Sequence record: MH494197.1
Source of the DNA: Escherichia phage CMSTMSU
Length of the DNA stretch: 64,000 bases
Strand: one strand, 5' to 3'
Shown: positions 59,351-64,000 of the stretch, piece after piece
Layout: each line of letters begins with the position of its first letter
Numbering within the stretch: position 1 is the first letter of the stretch
Notes under the pieces: generated by a model
Databases searched by the model: none
The model's input: only the letters and a program-made list of their open reading frames with translations
What the model was told of the DNA's origin: nothing
Made by a program: the position numbers and the translations under genes

Positions 59351-60103
59351 AAAGAACCATCTTTAAGATACGTATTAACTTTGAAACGCCATTCACCACC
59401 GCTAATATACATATCAGCGATAATGTACTTCCCATAACCCTTGAGTTTATCAAACGTACTTCTTGTCCAATATACTTCGGCTTCAAATCATTAATAAAAT
59501 CATCAGCCAAAGACATAAGATATCGCAAATGTGAATAGTCGGTGTTGAACATTATTTCTTTCTCTTGAAGTGGGATATGATATCTTTTGTTATTGAGATA
59601 AAAAGATACACCATAGTTACAGGCCAAATTATAGCCATTAGTGCTGCTGATTGTAGACTCATTGCAGTTATGATTTCATCTTTGAAACATTTCCAATTCA
59701 GTACTAGAAAGTTACATATAAATGAGCAAAACGCAACAAATCCATATATTGCAAAAAGGTAGTCATTATTATTCCTCATCAACTTGAATAAGATATTCTA
59801 AACTTATTTCATCACCAAAGGCAGCGGCATCAATTGCATCGTGATTGATGTATTCTACTTGTGCAATTAAACGTATACCGTATTTCATAATTTCAATAAT
59901 TCTCATTCTTGTATTGGGATTTATGTACTGGTAGTATGATTCATACTCTGGATCATCGTCCATTTCCGCATATCGGTTGATGTACTCGTCAGTAAATTTT
60001 ACTATCTTACCGACGAGTTCTGTTTCTGCACTTTTATAGAAATCATCTTTCATTTGATGCAACGCAATCAAGTACTGATTATATTGTGCAAGATGTTTCA
60101 TTG

Positions 60104-60697
60104 TTAATCACAGCTACCGGAACTTGAACTAGAGCTTGAATCACAGCTAGAGCTATCATATGAACCAGTATCAGCAGAAGAGATATATGGCGTTACGATT
60201 GCTGCGGTGGTGGCTGCTGTAATAATATGGGAAGTATGGTCGTGTACCTTGTTGTGGTTCATCTTGGACTTTGTTTTATTCTTCCCTTTAGTATAGCGAG
60301 CTTTCTTTGTAGTTTTGGTGTTCTTTGGTGCTTTAGTACTTTTCGGTGCTGCTTTAGGCTTTACTTCATTAACTAAAGGAACAACAGTAACATTAACTTT
60401 AGGGTCAGATTCATCAAGTGCATTGTGAACATTCACTTGCATTTGAACTTCAACTTTAAGTTCTTCTTGTTCTTCAGGAATAACTTTTTCAGGTTCTGGT
60501 GTAACCTGATCACGTTTATCATTAATCATGAAGTTGATATTACGTTCACCTAGCACTAATAAAGTAACGATGGTGAGTACTGGGGTTAGTACTAGACTAA
60601 GTAGTACATAGCCGATGACACTACGATTGTAATTGTATGCAAGCATACCTGCAATAACTACACCAAGTACACTAATAACTGCTGCGATTGTTAACAT
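60104..60697 (-). CDS. membrane protein with Lys-rich linker and Ser-rich C-terminus
   Basis: Two N-terminal hydrophobic helices; low-complexity KxK and SSSS tail. Confidence 0.3.
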   Translation of the reverse strand: MLTIAAVISVLGVVIAGMLAYNYNRSVIGYVLLSLVLTPVLTIVTLLVLGERNINFMINDKRDQVTPEPEKVIPEEQEELKVEVQMQVNVHNALDESDPKVNVTVVPLVNEVKPKAAPKSTKAPKNTKTTKKARYTKGKNKTKSKMNHNKVHDHTSHIITAATTAAIVTPYISSADTGSYDSSSCDSSSSSSSGSCD

Positions 60698-62647
60698 ATT
60701 CTACTCCTTTGTATATAAATTTACCAATATCTTCGATGTATAAACAGATTCCACCTCGATCATTTAACACAAGCCAATCACCAAAACCACAACTGATGTT
60801 GCATATATTAAATTCTTCAATACCATCCGGTGAATACGCAATGAATGGACATATTTCATCTGATATACCATTTACATAGTTATTACATATTAAATCAAAT
60901 GTATGTGAACTATAAGAATTATCAGTACTGAAAATGTGCATTAATGAACTAGATAGAATTACTATTGTTTTTCCCACATTTTTAAAAATCGTTATTCACA
61001 ACAACTACTCCATGTCAGTGTTGTAATGAAATTATATCACCGAATCAAGATATGTCTCATGAGATTCGCATTTCATCCAGATATAAACTACATGCTTCGA
61101 AATTGTTGTCAGCACTTAAACCTAAATCAACCATCAGACCACAATGCGTTCCACAGAATTTCTTTATGTATAGTTTCTTATTGTTTGTACTTAAGTCGTA
61201 TACATATTCATTTTCGAAAATAGTTTTAAATCATTACAAATACTTTTACTATCTTCATTACATCATTATGATACTCATATGGTATTCCATCTAGTTCATC
61301 AATGATAATAGCAAAACCATTGTCATAGTACTTTAGTTTATTGAATGTTTGTATATCCATTTAATATATAATCTCACTTACTTCTATGGTGTAGACACCA
61401 TCATCAGTCATTAATCTAACTGCAACTTTAATATTACTAGACATTCGTGTAACTATCAATCCAATAATTATACCATTCTTTAAAGTACCATTATGGTATC
61501 TAACTTTTACTTCAGTTTTATTATCAATTAAGTATCTTCTAATTATGTGTATTTCCGTTCTAAACAGTTCTAAATAAACTTCACTATACTCCTTATCAGA
61601 ACCATCAGCACAGCTATACAATAAATGTACCTGTTCTAACAAAAGTTTTAAATTCATAAGAACCTCACAGATTTAATATTACTTGTTACATGTTTAAACA
61701 CAGTGTTATCGAACTTGTAAACAATTGTATTAAGTGATTTATGAAAATTAACCTCACACTAATGCCTTGGAACCATTGATTGTACAGACCGTGGATGGTA
61801 AGTTGTTTGCTAATATCTCTTTTCATCTAAACATAGTGAACTAATACAATCATAATAGAGAGGTTCAAGAACTTTTCAGTACTAAGAAAATCGAAAGCAA
61901 GATCATCTATTTGTTTTATGTAATTGAATAAATTTTGATAGTACTCATTCATTGTCAATCCTCTTGAATTTAGCATTATTCGAATAAGTATATGAATGTC
62001 CAAAATCATTTACACCATGCACATTCAATACACCGTCGATGAAATAGATTCGGTCAATGGTGAGTTCACGTTTATAATCCGAATCATCATACCAGCACAG
62101 AACACGAATACCTTTATACTTTGTAGTTAGCTCTTTTCTAATGTAACTAAGTACTCGATATAACTTTTGAATAGCTCTAAGTCCTGCTCAAACATCATTG
62201 TTCCTCGTATAATTCCATGTCATCAACTCCAACTTGGCGAATTGCAGTACTTCTTTTAAATGTACCTTTTTCATATAAACATACAGTTAAACGTATTTCA
62301 CACTTCAATGCACTGTAATAAATCATATCAATAACACCATATGTTTCATACATTTCTAAGTATACATTTCGTCCTAAGTACTTTTCTTCTAAATCAGTAA
62401 TTAGACTATTGATAAGATTACCTATCTGTGTTATATCTGTGTGAAATTTATCCATTACAATAATCCTCTCACATAAAACATTGATGAAAATAGATAATCT
62501 TCAGTACTGGAATTTAGTAGTTTATCAAAACTATAATTTTTATGCTTATTTTCATACAAAGACATTCTATAGTATCGTTCTATATTTTCTAAGTAGTCTT
62601 TTCGTAATAACATCTGTGTTGTTACATTCACTATAATGTACCTTAAA

Positions 62648-62680
62648 AGAAAAAGGGACCAATATATGATCCCTTTGTAT
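62648..62680 (-). terminator. hairpin terminator downstream of pnk
   Basis: aagggac caatatatga tccctt inverted repeat. Confidence 0.4.
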
Positions 62681-62711
62681 TAGAAATTTCCTTCAGCCAC
62701 TTGGAAAACTT

Positions 62712-63600
62712 TCAACCCAAGTAGCTTACGCCACATGAACACAACTTGATTGCGGTCATCATATACCTTTTAACATCGTAATGATCAACCACATTTTTCA
62801 TGTACAGGTCGAATTTGACAACATCATCAGGACGTTTATCATCAATGTCTCGCATAAACAATGCATCGTAAGGAATACCCCAATTCTTAAGCCACTGTTC
62901 GGTATCAGCACGACACCCTTCAGTACGCCCACTCATGACGATAATCTTGCGTTTATGAAAACTGCTTCTGCGATAATAGACAAAATAACTTCTTCGTCTG
63001 GTGTATCCGAGTACAGTACTTTCATCGAACGGGTTACGTCCCCATTTATGAGCAAGAGTACCGTCGATATCAACGATAATAGCAGCTTCTCGTGAATTAC
63101 CATAGTAACCAATGTGTAATGCCTTACTATAATAGTACGTATCTGCCATAGTGTCAATGATATTATCTTGTACTGAACGCTCACGCTGGAGGTTATATTT
63201 CTTACAAAGTTTTACGAACTCTTTAATCTTAAAGAATTCATGAACATCTGCACCACGGTCTTCATTAGGTACAAAATCATCATAGAAGTTCTTTTCTTTG
63301 TAATCATAACCATTATCTATAGCCCATACTTTCCATAGATTACGGAAATGTTGTTTAAGGTTTGTATCGGATATGATGATGTTCCAACCATTCTCTGCTG
63401 CTGAATTTGCTGCACTGAACTGTAAATTAGTTACGTACTGCTCATTAGCATCGTTGAATTTGTAAGCATCATGTGACCCAGCCATAGATTCACGAATATC
63501 ATCACGGTTGATGTTGATAGTCTTGGATTTGGCTTTTTAATCTCTTGCACTGCCCATGTAGTTTTACCACACCGTGCAATCCAACTGTTAGTGTGATAGT
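62712..63600 (-). CDS. pseT: polynucleotide 5'-kinase / 3'-phosphatase (T4 PseT-like), frameshift in P-loop region
   Basis: IIISDTNLKQ, IIVDIDGTLAHKWGRNPFDE, IIVMSGRTEG, DKRPDDVVK closely parallel T4 Pnk VIISDTNLNP, VIFDVDGTLAKMNGRGPYD, IVVVSGRESG, RKDDVVK; CGKTTWA P-loop recovered in shifted frame upstream. Confidence 0.85.
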
Positions 63601-63635
63601 TGGCATCCTTTAATCCTCTAAAAATTTAACATGCT

Positions 63636-63956
63636 CTATATTATGATAGGTGAGCCATTCCTGTGGTGTTCCTTGCGTATTAAAACACCAATATACGCAA
63701 TACCATTAATTAGACCATTACTATCAGTATTCACATCAACTTTCACAATCTCGGAATCGTACCAGTGTTTGAATGTGTAATCCCAACATCTGACTTTCTT
63801 TCCAATAAGATTGCTCTTGTATTTGTCAATCATTTCATCGACGATAGTTTGTACTGAATTTTTAATTTCATCTTCTACTGACTTTATATATAGTAAATTA
63901 CTTTGTGCATTGTTTATCATTGTATTTCCCAATCCCAAATCGCTTGAGATTTTCAC
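63636..63956 (-). CDS. hypothetical protein
   Basis: 106 aa ORF. Confidence 0.3.
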   Translation of the reverse strand: MKISSDLGLGNTMINNAQSNLLYIKSVEDEIKNSVQTIVDEMIDKYKSNLIGKKVRCWDYTFKHWYDSEIVKVDVNTDSNGLINGIAYIGVLIRKEHHRNGSPIII

Positions 63957-64000
63957 AAGTACAGATTCATCACAACGAATACTAGCAGTATCATTGGATG

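Overview
AT-rich 64 kb window that reads as part of a large virulent T4-like myovirus (contractile-tail phage) genome. Essentially all convincing genes are on the minus strand; most plus-strand ORFs in the track overlap them and look spurious. Recognisable content: a tail module (sheath plus two tail-tube-like paralogs, about 3.1-7.7 kb), three paralogous fibre-like genes (30.3-36.3 kb), lysis genes (T4-type lysozyme, a candidate spanin pair), and a large set of nucleotide-metabolism and RNA/DNA-repair genes (dNMP kinase, thymidine kinase, NrdD/NrdG, dCMP deaminase, DNA ligase, polynucleotide kinase/phosphatase, CCA-adding enzyme, two Nudix hydrolases, PhoH with a PIN partner, ClpP, HslV-like peptidase, two phosphoesterases), interspersed with many small unknown ORFs and hairpin terminators. 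Many conserved genes are split into 2-5 ORF fragments in different frames, which most likely reflects indel errors in the sequence, so multi-fragment coordinates are approximate. No integrase, rRNA, convincing tRNA or CRISPR array was seen. The most notable candidates are a nucleotidyltransferase with a degenerate ACP-like tail, a possible 2H phosphoesterase and HPF homologue, a fibre-gene triad with shared termini, an ORF-free GC-richer island, and an apparent strong excess of the palindrome AGTACT. All calls rest on motif recognition by eye; no database search was run. One hand translation disagreed with the ORF track by a single base, so base-level statements carry that uncertainty.
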